Shown here: positions 26,405 to 35,029 of the stretch, one piece after another
How the letters are laid out: every line of letters starts with the position of its first letter
Position numbering within the stretch: the first letter of the stretch is position 1
Source: a virus
Taxonomy: Duplodnaviria; Heunggongvirae; Uroviricota; Caudoviricetes
IMG/VR virus record: IMGVR_UViG_2737471845_000031
Coordinates: 1-35,029 of that record
Length of the DNA: 35,029 nt
Reading direction: 5' to 3' (one strand)
The notes under the pieces: generated by a model
Databases searched by the model: none
The model's input: only the letters and a program-made list of their open reading frames with translations
What the model was told of the DNA's origin: nothing
Translations under genes and position numbers: made by a program

Positions 26405-27316
26405 ATGGGACGCACCAAATCACCGATTAACACTGAACTGAACGCCGAGGTACCGCTGTCGGATGATCTCAATGTCAGTCTGAACGCCATGACACAGCAT
26501 CGCATGGAGATCATGCAGCAGTTTGGCGATGGTCAGCCCTATGAGCGTGATCGCATAGTTCATGAGGCTCGGTTTTATATGGCACAGAGCGCTGAGGCCA
26601 TGCTGGAAGCAGGTAAACGACTTATTATTCTCAAAGAAAATGAACCACACGGGGACTTTGTTGGAATTGTAGAAGAACAACTTGGTCTGCATGTGCGCGC
26701 AGCACAACGAATGATGAAAGCATCTTTGAAATACCTTTCACCAAAACTAGAGCCAAAAGCGACAACGTTGTCGCTTTTAGGTAAGGCAAAATTATTTGAA
26801 CTTGTTGCTGAAGATGACGACGACCTTGCTGAACTGGCCGACGGCGGCACAGTCGCAGGACTGACGCTTGACGATGTTGATCGCATGTCAGTACGTGAAT
26901 TGCGTCAGGCCCTGCGCGAAGCGCGCGAAACCAACGCAGCACAACAGCGCGTACTCGCCGACAAAAATGAAAAAATAGACTCACTCTCCACCAGACTGGA
27001 GAAGAAATCCCGTATTCAGCCGCCTGAGCCTGATGAGGAGGTTAAGAAGCTGCGGGCGGAAGTGACAGCATTAGCGGTTGAGGCGGAATCTGCCATCGCC
27101 GTTCGACTGTCCAGCGCTTTTGAGACACTGTGCGCATATTGTGCTGAAAACATGATTGATACCCCCAGAGACTTCATGGCAGGCCTGGTCTGTCAACTGG
27201 AAAGCACAGCGCGTAGCCTGCGCTCCACATTTGACCTGCCGGACGAGCCAACAGGCGATGTCGCGCCTTCATGGCTGACTGAGCCGACGCCACAGATTAA
27301 CGGGCTGGAGGCATAA
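26405..27316 (+). CDS. hypothetical early protein with acidic and coiled-coil regions
   Basis: 303-aa ORF, AAGGAG RBS 6 nt upstream; located just before the transposase gene. Confidence 0.5.
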   Translation: MGRTKSPINTELNAEVPLSDDLNVSLNAMTQHRMEIMQQFGDGQPYERDRIVHEARFYMAQSAEAMLEAGKRLIILKENEPHGDFVGIVEEQLGLHVRAAQRMMKASLKYLSPKLEPKATTLSLLGKAKLFELVAEDDDDLAELADGGTVAGLTLDDVDRMSVRELRQALREARETNAAQQRVLADKNEKIDSLSTRLEKKSRIQPPEPDEEVKKLRAEVTALAVEAESAIAVRLSSAFETLCAYCAENMIDTPRDFMAGLVCQLESTARSLRSTFDLPDEPTGDVAPSWLTEPTPQINGLEA

Positions 27317-27319
27317 CCA

Positions 27320-29089
27320 ATGAATGCTGCCCTGACTGAACGACTGGTTTATGTCGCCCGCGCGGCACGTGACGCGGGGCATGGTAAACGCGGTGCAGTA
27401 TACGACGCTGCCTGTGCTGAACTTGGCATGTCCCGCGCCACTCTGCTGCGCAGGCTGAAGGAGGTCTCTGTGACTGATAAACGCAAAAAACGCGCCGATG
27501 CCGGGCGCAGCGCCCTGACCCGCGACGAAGCCGCGCTGATATCTGCCACACTGCGTGAGGCCACCCGCAAGAACGGTAAGCGTCTCTATTCCATCGCAGA
27601 TGCAGTGGAAACCCTGCGGGCTAACGGCTTTATCACCGCAGGCAGAACAGATGAAACCACCGGTGAGTTTTTCCCGTTGTCTGAAGATGCCATCAGCCGT
27701 GCCCTGCGTAACTATGGCCTGCACCCGGAACAACTGGATGCCCCTGCACCACATACCGAAGTGGCCAGTCTGCATCCCAATCATGTCTGGCAGATTGACG
27801 CCTCACTCTGCACGCTTTACTACCTGAGCAATGGACATAAAGGGCTGCAGGTGATGGACAGCGCGAAGTTCTACAAGAACAAGCCCGCTAACCTTGCCCG
27901 TATCGCCAGTGACCGCGTGTGGAGTTACGAGATTACCGACCATGCCAGCGGCTGGATTTACGTTGAGTATGTGACGGGGGCGGAATCCGGTGAGAACCTG
28001 TGTTCTGTGCTTATCAACGCCATGCAGGAGCGTGGCGGCGCAGACGTGCTGCACGGCGTGCCGAAAATACTCTATCTCGACCCCGGCTCGGCAAACACCG
28101 CGGGTATGACGAAAAACATGTGTCGCTCACTGGGCATCGACCTGATAGCGCACAAGCCGCATAACGCCCGCGCCACCGGACAGGTGGAAAAGGCGCGTGA
28201 CATTATCGAACGCAAGCTGGAGCCGGGTCTGAAGTTCCGGCCGGTTCACAGTCTGGAAGAACTCAACGCGCTGGCCGCGAAATGGCGCAGCCACTTTAAC
28301 GCCACGGCTGTTCACAGCCGCCACGGTAAAACCCGCACGGATATCTGGCTGAAGATTACTGCTGAGCAGCTGAAAAAAGCGCCTTCCGTTGAGGTATGCC
28401 GTGAACTGGCTGTGGCGGCACCAGAACTCCGCAAAGTCACGCCAAAACTTCGTGTCTCGTTCCGGGGCACTGAATTTGACGTATCAACGGTACCGGGCGT
28501 ACTGGTCGGTGAAAAACTGATGATTACCCGTAACCCGTGGCGCAGCGATGTGGCACAGGTGGTTCTGACCGGTGAGGACGGCCACGAGACGTTCTTCCTG
28601 GTCGAAGAGGTCAGAAAGAACGAGTTTGGCTTTGCTGAAGGCGCGGCGGTATTTGGCGAAAGTTACAAAGCCCTGCCGGAAACACCGGCACAGACGGCGG
28701 CAAAAGAAACCGAAGCGCTGGTCACCGGTACAGACAACGCCGCAGATGCAGCTGCCGCACGCAAGGCGAAGGCGCTGCCGTTCGGCGGGCGGCTTGACCC
28801 GTATAAACATATTGATGACGCCACACTTCCGGCCTATATGCCGAAGCGAGGTCAGGCCTCTGACGTACGCGGACCGCGCACTGAACAGCGTCCCATGACT
28901 CATGTGGAGGCCGCGAAAGCCCTGCGCGGGAAGTTCAGCGCCAACGGCCTTACCTGGACGCCGGAACATTACCGCCAGTTAACGGCACAGTACCCGGACG
29001 GCGTACCGGAAGCTGCACTGGATGAAGTCATGGCCACGCTGACCACGCCGGCCCGCAGCAGCGTTATCAGCATTGTTAACGGCAACTAA
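27320..29089 (+). CDS. phage DDE transposase (rve-type catalytic core)
   Basis: 589-aa ORF with candidate catalytic D (HVWQIDASL), D (LYLDPGSAN) and E (ATGQVEKA), the last pair ~36 residues apart (D,D-35-E); N-terminus unlike MuA. Confidence 0.85.
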   Translation: MNAALTERLVYVARAARDAGHGKRGAVYDAACAELGMSRATLLRRLKEVSVTDKRKKRADAGRSALTRDEAALISATLREATRKNGKRLYSIADAVETLRANGFITAGRTDETTGEFFPLSEDAISRALRNYGLHPEQLDAPAPHTEVASLHPNHVWQIDASLCTLYYLSNGHKGLQVMDSAKFYKNKPANLARIASDRVWSYEITDHASGWIYVEYVTGAESGENLCSVLINAMQERGGADVLHGVPKILYLDPGSANTAGMTKNMCRSLGIDLIAHKPHNARATGQVEKARDIIERKLEPGLKFRPVHSLEELNALAAKWRSHFNATAVHSRHGKTRTDIWLKITAEQLKKAPSVEVCRELAVAAPELRKVTPKLRVSFRGTEFDVSTVPGVLVGEKLMITRNPWRSDVAQVVLTGEDGHETFFLVEEVRKNEFGFAEGAAVFGESYKALPETPAQTAAKETEALVTGTDNAADAAAARKAKALPFGGRLDPYKHIDDATLPAYMPKRGQASDVRGPRTEQRPMTHVEAAKALRGKFSANGLTWTPEHYRQLTAQYPDGVPEAALDEVMATLTTPARSSVISIVNGN

Positions 29090-29100
29090 GGAGGGAAACA

Positions 29101-30266
29101 TGCTGGTACTGAAGCAGCAACTGAAAGAGGCCCGTATTCCACAGGCGGTGGTGGCGAGAGCTGTCGATGTTTCTGAGGCCACGCTGGCCCAGATTGTGAA
29201 TCATAACGCGTGGCCCCGCACCAGCCCCGGAGAAGTGCGCCGGCGTCTTGCGTCCTGGCTGGAAAGTCAGGGGATTGATACAGCGAAGAGTTTTGATGCT
29301 GTACAGGGCGCGGCCACGCCCCGTACAGCGGGTACCACAGATAAAACGAGCCTCAGTGAGGAAGAGAATATGTTACTCAAAAAACAGGTGTTATTTCCAG
29401 CAACCAAAAAAGCGTTTGGTCTTTTCCGTGACCCGTTCGCCGACGAAGCCATGCAGGGTTCTGATGATGTGTTCACCACCCCGGACATTCGCTACGTGCG
29501 TGAGGCGCTGTACCAGACAGCCCGTCATGGCGGGTTTATGGCTGTCATCGGTGAGTCCGGTGCGGGTAAATCCACGCTGCGCCGTGACCTGACTGAACGT
29601 ATCAACCGCGAGAATGCGCCGGTAATTATTATCGAGCCATACGTCATCGCCATGGAAGACAACGATGTGAAAGGGAAAACCCTGAAGGCAGCAGCGATTG
29701 CCGAAGCCATTATCAGTACCATCGCACCACTGGAAAGCATCAGACGCAGTCAGGACGCCCGCTTTCGCCAGCTGCATCGCGTCCTGAAAGACAGCCGCCA
29801 GGCGGGGTTCAGCCACGTTCTGGTGATTGAGGAAGCCCACAGTCTGCCCGTTCCGACACTGAAACACCTCAAACGCTTTTTTGAGCTGGAGTCCGGTTTC
29901 AAAAAACTGCTGTCCATCGTGCTGATTGGCCAGCCGGAACTGGCGACAAAACTGTCTGAACGCAATATGGAAGTCCGTGAAGTCGTTCAGCGCTGTGAGG
30001 TGGTCGAACTTCTGCCTCTCGACAATAACCTTGAAGAGTTTCTGACGTTCAAACTGCAACGGGCCGGTAAACAACTGACGGACATTATGGACGCCGGCGC
30101 AGTGGATGCCATACGTGCCCGCCTGAGCAATCCGGGAAGTCATCGTAAAAACAGGGTCAGCCTGCTGTATCCGCTGGCCGTCAGTAACCTGGTGATAGCC
30201 GCCATGAATCTGGCCGCTGAAATCGGGGTTCCACAGGTCAACGCTGACGTTGTCAAAGGGGTTTAA
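29101..30266 (+). CDS. transposition ATPase (AAA+ target-DNA activator, MuB/TnpB-like role)
   Basis: ~388 aa from ATG 29101 (GGAGGG RBS); N-terminal HTH-like region, Walker A GESGAGKST, Walker B HVLVIEEAH; directly downstream of the transposase. Confidence 0.8.
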
Positions 30267-30268
30267 TA

Positions 30269-30538
30269 ATGAAATCCATCACAGGTATCAACCAGCAAAT
30301 CAGCAAAGTGCAGTCAGCCATTATGGCGCTTATGGCAACGAACACGGATGTACAAAGCATCACCATCAGGGGCAATAAACCTGTCATCCGCGTTTCCCGG
30401 AGTGCGCATTGCATGCGCATGCTTGAACAGGGGAAAGCCAGTTATCTGTATACCGGTCATGACCACAGGGGACATTTCCGTCAGGGCGTTTTCGAACTGC
30501 ACGGCTGTCGCGTCGTGTGGCCGGAATCTTTGTGGTAA
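30269..30538 (+). CDS. hypothetical protein
   Basis: 89-aa ORF with AAGGGG RBS, between the ATPase and gam. Confidence 0.4.
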   Translation: MKSITGINQQISKVQSAIMALMATNTDVQSITIRGNKPVIRVSRSAHCMRMLEQGKASYLYTGHDHRGHFRQGVFELHGCRVVWPESLW

Positions 30539-30565
30539 TCAGCACAACCGGAGAAATCATAAAAT

Positions 30566-31096
30566 ATGGCAAAAAGTACAAAAGGGGCAAAACGTATCAA
30601 GTCCGCAGCGGCACTCTGGGTACCGGGGACACGCGAAGAGGTCATTGAGGGCATCAGACTGCTCGGTGACGCACAACGTGAACTGGTCAGGGCTGAAACA
30701 GAAATGAATGACGCCATTGGCGATATCACCGCACGTTATGCCCCGCTCACCGAGAGCCTGAAAAAACGCATGTCAGAACTGCAGTCCGGTATCCAGACAT
30801 GGTGTGAGGCACACCGTGATGAACTGACCGGCAACGGGAAGGTGAAGTTCGCTAACCTCACCACCGGCGAGGTGCAATGGCGAAACCGTCCGCCATCAGT
30901 CAGTATCCGTGGAGCGGATAATGTTATTGAACTACTGAGACGTCTGGGGCTTGAGCGCTTTATTCGTGTAAAAGAGGAAATAAATAAAGATGCCATTCTG
31001 AATGAAAAAGAGGCCGTGAAAAATATTCCCGGCATTACCATAAAAAGTGATATTGAGGATTTTTCAATAATTCCTTTTGAGCAGGATGTGCAGTAA
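30566..31096 (+). CDS. gam: host-nuclease inhibitor Gam (Mu Gam family)
   Basis: 176-aa ORF closely resembling Mu Gam along its length (KRIKSAA..., PPSVSIRG..., GLERFIR..., IEDFSIIPFEQ). Confidence 0.85.
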   Translation: MAKSTKGAKRIKSAAALWVPGTREEVIEGIRLLGDAQRELVRAETEMNDAIGDITARYAPLTESLKKRMSELQSGIQTWCEAHRDELTGNGKVKFANLTTGEVQWRNRPPSVSIRGADNVIELLRRLGLERFIRVKEEINKDAILNEKEAVKNIPGITIKSDIEDFSIIPFEQDVQ

Positions 31097-31193
31097 ACAC
31101 ACCACGTTAATTATTTAATAAAAACATTTTCTTTTTTATTCCGGCGTCAGCGCCGTGGGCTTCTGCACGCCGGAAACAGAGGAGAATTAAATT

Positions 31194-31388
31194 ATGATAT
31201 TTAAATGTATTCAGTGCGAGAGGGATATAACAGCCCTGCGTTTTCACAGCGCCATCGCCGTGATGTCCGGTAAATACCACGTACCTGCAGTACGCGTCAC
31301 CCTGGTCTGTCCGTACTGCAGTCAGCATTTTTCGGCAGATGTGCCCGTTATGGAATTCTCCCGCCCTGACAGGGAGGAAGCGCAATGA
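31194..31388 (+). CDS. small zinc-ribbon protein
   Basis: 64-aa ORF with GAGGAG RBS and two Cys pairs (CIQC ... CPYC). Confidence 0.4.
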   Translation: MIFKCIQCERDITALRFHSAIAVMSGKYHVPAVRVTLVCPYCSQHFSADVPVMEFSRPDREEAQ

Positions 31389-31657
31389 TTACCCCACAGG
31401 AAGCACATCAGCGCACCCGCGCCCTTGTTGAACGGTATCTCAACGAGTGTGAATGCCGTGACCTCACCGATATCATGTGCGCCCTGACGGCGTTAATCAG
31501 CATGGCCACGCAGGCCATTGTGGCGACTAACGGAAAGGAGGCCGCCCTGCAGATACTAGTGAACACACTCACCCACGCGGCAGAGCACGAGGTGCCGTAC
31601 CGGATGGAAATCACTGCAGAAGGCGACCTGCACATCATTGTTGACCGGAAGCACTGA
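31385..31657 (+). CDS. hypothetical protein
   Basis: 90-aa ORF translationally coupled to the upstream gene. Confidence 0.4.
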   Translation: MITPQEAHQRTRALVERYLNECECRDLTDIMCALTALISMATQAIVATNGKEAALQILVNTLTHAAEHEVPYRMEITAEGDLHIIVDRKH

Positions 31658-31666
31658 GGGCGCGGC

Positions 31667-31963
31667 ATGACACGGAACACCATACTCACCCGCACCGCCC
31701 TCTACCGTCTGGCCCTGCAGCGTTTCGGGCCGGACGCACAGGCCCTGAAACTGACAGAAGAGGCCGCTGAACTGGCGGCCAGTGCTGCCCGCAATCTGAA
31801 CGGACAGGGCAGCGAAAGCGACCTCGCGGCAGAGCTGGCAGACGTGGAAATCATGACAGAGCAATTGCGCCTTCAGGGGATGGACCGGCTGATTGACTTC
31901 CACAAACAGAAAAAACTGGAACGTCTGGCTGCACGACTGGGCGTGATTTACACGAACGAGTAA
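31667..31963 (+). CDS. MazG-like nucleotide pyrophosphohydrolase domain protein
   Basis: 98-aa all-helical ORF with MazG-type pattern LKLTEEAAEL ... ELADVEIMTEQL ... K..LERL. Confidence 0.5.
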   Translation: MTRNTILTRTALYRLALQRFGPDAQALKLTEEAAELAASAARNLNGQGSESDLAAELADVEIMTEQLRLQGMDRLIDFHKQKKLERLAARLGVIYTNE

Positions 31964-31977
31964 CCGGGAGGCATTCA

Positions 31978-32193
31978 ATGGCTGACATACTCAGGGAAAT
32001 CACCGCATGGATACTGATTCTTACTGGCCTGGCGACATGCCTCAGTGCGGGGGCAGCCCTGGCTGCCCTGCTGATGCACATAACAACACAGTGGTTATGG
32101 GAAAAGCTTAAAGCAGCATACAGCCTGAAAGAGCTGTCCGACGCTGTCCGGGCATGGAAACGGCAGAAAAATACCGGAGATACAGAACAATGA
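31978..32193 (+). CDS. small membrane protein
   Basis: 71-aa ORF with one TM segment (AWILILTGLATCLSAGAALAALL). Confidence 0.35.
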   Translation: MADILREITAWILILTGLATCLSAGAALAALLMHITTQWLWEKLKAAYSLKELSDAVRAWKRQKNTGDTEQ

Positions 32194-32873
32194 CAGACCA
32201 GAATAAACACATTGAGAAACTGAAAAAGTTGCTGGCGCTGGCCGCATCCGGCAACCCGCACGAGGCCGCTCTGGCACTGCGCCGAGCCCGTAAACTGATG
32301 GATGTTCACGGCATCACACATTCCGACATTGCTATGAGTGATATTGATGAAACCATCAGTCATTACTGGCCGACAGGCAGTCTCCGTCCACCGCGCTACA
32401 TGCTGGGCCTGATGAACATCATCCGCGAGGCATTTGGTGTTAACTCCATCATTCACCCCGGCACGCATCCGTCTGTGGGGTTCTACGGTAACCGGGAACG
32501 AGCGGCACTGGCTGCGTACACCTGGGAAGTGCTGGTCCGCCAGCTGAAAAAGGCGCGTCAGCAGTATATCAGCGCACAGAACAAAAGAATAAAAAACGCC
32601 ACCCGTACCAGCCGTGGAGACCAGTTTGCTGAAGGCTGGGTACTGGCCGTTATCAGTAAAATACAGTCCTTTGCCCTGACCGATGATGAGCGTGAACTGA
32701 TGCAACAGTGGCTGGAACATAAATACCCGCAAACGCAAACCACCAGGGCGCGTCAACCGGGAAGAAGCCGCAATGGCGACGCCTCGCGCTATGCGGGGTT
32801 TCGTGAAGGGCAGAACGTCAGACTGCACCGCCCGGTCAGTGGGCAGGAACAACAGAAACTGGAGGCCAGATGA
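32190..32873 (+). CDS. conserved phage protein (DUF2786-like N-terminal motif)
   Basis: ~227 aa from ATG 32190 (GGAGA RBS); N-terminal IEKLKKLLALAASGNPHEAALALRRARKLM motif typical of this prophage family. Confidence 0.5.
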   Translation: MTDQNKHIEKLKKLLALAASGNPHEAALALRRARKLMDVHGITHSDIAMSDIDETISHYWPTGSLRPPRYMLGLMNIIREAFGVNSIIHPGTHPSVGFYGNRERAALAAYTWEVLVRQLKKARQQYISAQNKRIKNATRTSRGDQFAEGWVLAVISKIQSFALTDDERELMQQWLEHKYPQTQTTRARQPGRSRNGDASRYAGFREGQNVRLHRPVSGQEQQKLEAR

Positions 32874-33100
32874 TTACGCTATCAGGTAACAGCCGGAAAT
32901 TAAAAGCCTGCCGAATATCTGCCAGATACCTTTTTGCCCGCGCCTTTTTTAAGAACGTCAGGCCGGGGATCACAATTGGTGTTATTGCCGGACGCGAACA
33001 GGTTGAAAAATACATGTCAGGTGCATGGTGGAATAACGACCCTGTCATTGCTGCCCGTAATATTCATATCAGTTGGGGGGATATTCAGAATGACTGCTGA
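32870..33100 (+). CDS. hypothetical protein
   Basis: 76-aa ORF coupled to the upstream gene; weak support. Confidence 0.3.
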   Translation: MITLSGNSRKLKACRISARYLFARAFFKNVRPGITIGVIAGREQVEKYMSGAWWNNDPVIAARNIHISWGDIQNDC

Positions 33101-33305
33101 ATCTGTTGTATGTGCCCTGTTCTGGTATTGTTTTGTCGGTTGGTGTACTGCTGAACTGCACCGCCGTTCAGGGTTTTATTCACGTTACAGTGGTGCCGGC
33201 TACTGGATTAGCTGGTCGGTGATGTTCCTGTGCTGGCCTGTGGCGCTTCCTTTATATGTCGATTATATCGGTGGCGCAGGTAAAAGGAGCAACGATGATG
33301 ACTAA
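33090..33305 (+). CDS. small membrane protein
   Basis: ~71 aa from ATG 33090; two hydrophobic segments. Confidence 0.35.
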   Translation: MTAESVVCALFWYCFVGWCTAELHRRSGFYSRYSGAGYWISWSVMFLCWPVALPLYVDYIGGAGKRSNDDD

Positions 33306-33747
33306 ACAACGTCTTATCCAGCTCATTCATATTGCCCGTAATGAACTGGGTATGGATGAAGACACCTACCGCCAGATGTTACAGGGGCTGACCGGTAAAG
33401 CCTCAACCAAAGGAATGGATACCACACAACTAAACTGCGTGCTGGAATCCATGAAAAGGAAAGGCTTTCGCGTTAAGCCTGCCGGAAAAGCCAGCTCCGG
33501 TTTACCGCTGGATAACCATCCGCAGTCCAGGAAAATCCGTGCGCTATGGCTTGAAATGGCTGCTGCCGGCATTGTTCGTGACCGTTCAGAAAATGCATTA
33601 GCGCGGTGGATCAAGCGGGAAACGGGCATCAGCGCCCTGCGCTGGCTCAATACTGAACAGGCAAGCAGTGTTATTGAGAAACTGAAGAAGTGGCAGCACA
33701 GAGCTGCGGGAGTAAAACATGAGCGACCTGAATCAGTTTCGAAGTAA
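33295..33747 (+). CDS. gemA: GemA-like regulatory protein (Mu gp16 family)
   Basis: ~150 aa from ATG 33295 (AAGGAG RBS); N-terminus KQRLIQLIHIARNELGMDEDTYRQML typical of GemA/gp16 proteins; immediately upstream of mor. Confidence 0.7.
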   Translation: MMTKQRLIQLIHIARNELGMDEDTYRQMLQGLTGKASTKGMDTTQLNCVLESMKRKGFRVKPAGKASSGLPLDNHPQSRKIRALWLEMAAAGIVRDRSENALARWIKRETGISALRWLNTEQASSVIEKLKKWQHRAAGVKHERPESVSK

Positions 33748-34117
33748 AGGGCCGGAACTCCTGGTGGAGCTGGCACAGCATACCTCTGAGACCGTTCGCG
33801 AGATTATTGATATTGAGCCCGCAATTGCCGACCAGATTGGTCAGGCCGTCGCGAACCGAATGATGCAGGTCTGGGGCGGGCAAAACGTTTATTTCCCGAT
33901 GGGCATGGTATGGAAGGTCAGTCAGCGCGACCGGGAAATCTTCAGGGAGTTTAACGGACGCAACCACCACGAACTGGCCCGCAAGTTTGGTGTTTCGCTT
34001 CAGTGGGTCTACAGCGTGGTTAAGCGGGTCAGAAAAGAAGAACTGGATCGGATGCAGGGCAGGTTGTTTGATGAAGATCTGCCAGAGGAGACGAAAGACG
34101 TTAACAAATCCAGATAA
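33719..34117 (+). CDS. mor: Mor/C-family transcriptional activator
   Basis: 132-aa ORF with the Mor/C C-terminal HTH region FREFNGRNHHELARKFGVSLQWVYSVVKR; last gene of the early operon; the only Mor/C homolog in the window. Confidence 0.8.
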   Translation: MSDLNQFRSKGPELLVELAQHTSETVREIIDIEPAIADQIGQAVANRMMQVWGGQNVYFPMGMVWKVSQRDREIFREFNGRNHHELARKFGVSLQWVYSVVKRVRKEELDRMQGRLFDEDLPEETKDVNKSR

Positions 34118-34160
34118 TTCCTGCTTGTTAAAGTCCTTTCAAAAATCTCCTTATTGTATA

Positions 34161-34193
34161 AAAGCACGGTAGACCCCTTACCGTGCTTTTTTT
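34161..34193 (+). terminator. rho-independent terminator of the early operon
   Basis: 11-bp perfect stem AAAGCACGGTA / TACCGTGCTTT with 7-nt loop, followed by a T-run, 44 nt after the mor stop. Confidence 0.75.
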
Positions 34194-34231
34194 ATGCTCT
34201 CTCTTTAGTATTCAGGATGCAGGGAGAAAAT

Positions 34232-34864
34232 ATGTTTGACGTTTCGTTGTTAAATCTGCCATGGGCAACACTGGTGACCCTGACCAGTGGCTATATTGGG
34301 TATTTTATTGCGAATGTGGGACTGAAGGATCACCACAAGCCCATTGAGGTGACTTTTTCTTCGCTGATTTTTGGCCTGACAGCAATGATGGCTTACCAGG
34401 CTGTTATGTGGGCAGGTCTGAATGCCTGGCTGGCAACACCACCAGCACTTCTGTGTGCCGTTACATGCGGTGCGTGGTGGCGCAGGTACGGTCGCAAATG
34501 GATGTACAGATTACTGTGGAATAATGATATTTCATGGTCTGACGATACCAGCTCAGCATGGCAGGCAATGTTTGATCAAACAGGCTTCAGCGTTACCGAG
34601 GTCAGAGTGATTCTTCGCGATGGTTCCGGTATGATGTCACGGCTGCCAGGGAACTTTGAAGAGTGGCCTAACGGTCCGTTTACCCTGGGGAATAAAGGCG
34701 ATATGGTTCTTTACGTCACGCACAGCAGCCCTTCAGGCAGTAACGAATGGGAAGAGTATAAAGGCGTGGTTGATAAGTACTGGGGAGCTCTGGCAACCTA
34801 TATTCCAGCAGATCAGATTGCCAGAGTGGAGATCAGGCGCGTTCGTGCAACGAACGATGAATGA
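34232..34864 (+). CDS. hypothetical membrane protein with soluble C-terminal domain
   Basis: ~210 aa from ATG 34232 (GGGAGA RBS); the ORF-track start 34154 overlaps the terminator. Three predicted N-terminal TM segments, then a hydrophilic domain. Phage or host origin unclear. Confidence 0.5.
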   Translation: MFDVSLLNLPWATLVTLTSGYIGYFIANVGLKDHHKPIEVTFSSLIFGLTAMMAYQAVMWAGLNAWLATPPALLCAVTCGAWWRRYGRKWMYRLLWNNDISWSDDTSSAWQAMFDQTGFSVTEVRVILRDGSGMMSRLPGNFEEWPNGPFTLGNKGDMVLYVTHSSPSGSNEWEEYKGVVDKYWGALATYIPADQIARVEIRRVRATNDE

Positions 34865-35029
34865 TGTTTATTTTTTCCCTGGGGCAGGGGCTGCCGGCAT
34901 AGTGGTTTTATTGGCAGAGGAAGACGATTCTCCTTTTCTACCGGAATCGCGCTCGAACGTCACGATGTGCTTGCTTTTGGGCTTTTCTGAGTAATCCAGG
35001 CTATCATGCTTATTGTTTTGAGTAGTCAT

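Noticed and set aside
29391-30143. 250-aa minus-strand ORF inside the transposition ATPase gene
   Set aside because: Antisense to a gene with clear Walker A/B motifs; no independent support.
27320-30266. Insertion sequence or composite transposon
   Set aside because: The DDE transposase and AAA+ ATPase are embedded in a phage early operon with Gam, GemA and Mor, with no nearby terminal inverted repeats; this is the phage transposition module.
31851-32852. 333-aa minus-strand ORF in the early region
   Set aside because: It is entirely antisense to a run of well-supported plus-strand genes with RBSs and translational coupling; a shadow ORF.
1-35029. CRISPR arrays, tRNA or rRNA genes, integrase/att site
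   Set aside because: No regularly spaced direct repeats, no cloverleaf candidates, and no tyrosine or serine integrase; consistent with a transposable phage that integrates by transposition.

Overview
The window is almost entirely one Mu-like transposable prophage, with enterobacterial-type codon usage. It is organised in two divergent arms around a central immunity/accessory region, not co-directionally as in Mu itself. Minus strand, 22.3 kb down to 1: a complete late morphogenesis and lysis module (holin-like protein, membrane-anchored SLT endolysin, Rz with embedded Rz1, Mu gp25-27-like genes, large terminase, portal, Mu F/G-like proteins, protease/scaffold, major capsid, connector proteins, sheath, tube, chaperone, tape measure, baseplate, tail fibre ending at position 1). 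Plus strand, 25.8-34.1 kb: an early operon from a sigma70-like promoter (Cro/Ner-like regulator, DDE transposase, AAA+ transposition ATPase, Gam, GemA, Mor), ending in a clear intrinsic terminator. Between the arms (22.36-25.74 kb) lie an XRE-type repressor and a mosaic accessory island: a 247-aa P-loop protein, two diverged paralogous ~130-aa proteins, a 71-aa ORF, an orphan Dam-family methyltransferase and a diverged 5' remnant of a second dam copy. That island is the best candidate for an undescribed system (defence, anti-restriction or regulatory), but its function cannot be assigned from sequence. Prophage ends are not identifiable within the window. No rRNA, tRNA, CRISPR array or IS element was seen. 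Family assignments are from reading motifs and gene order by eye, not from database searches.
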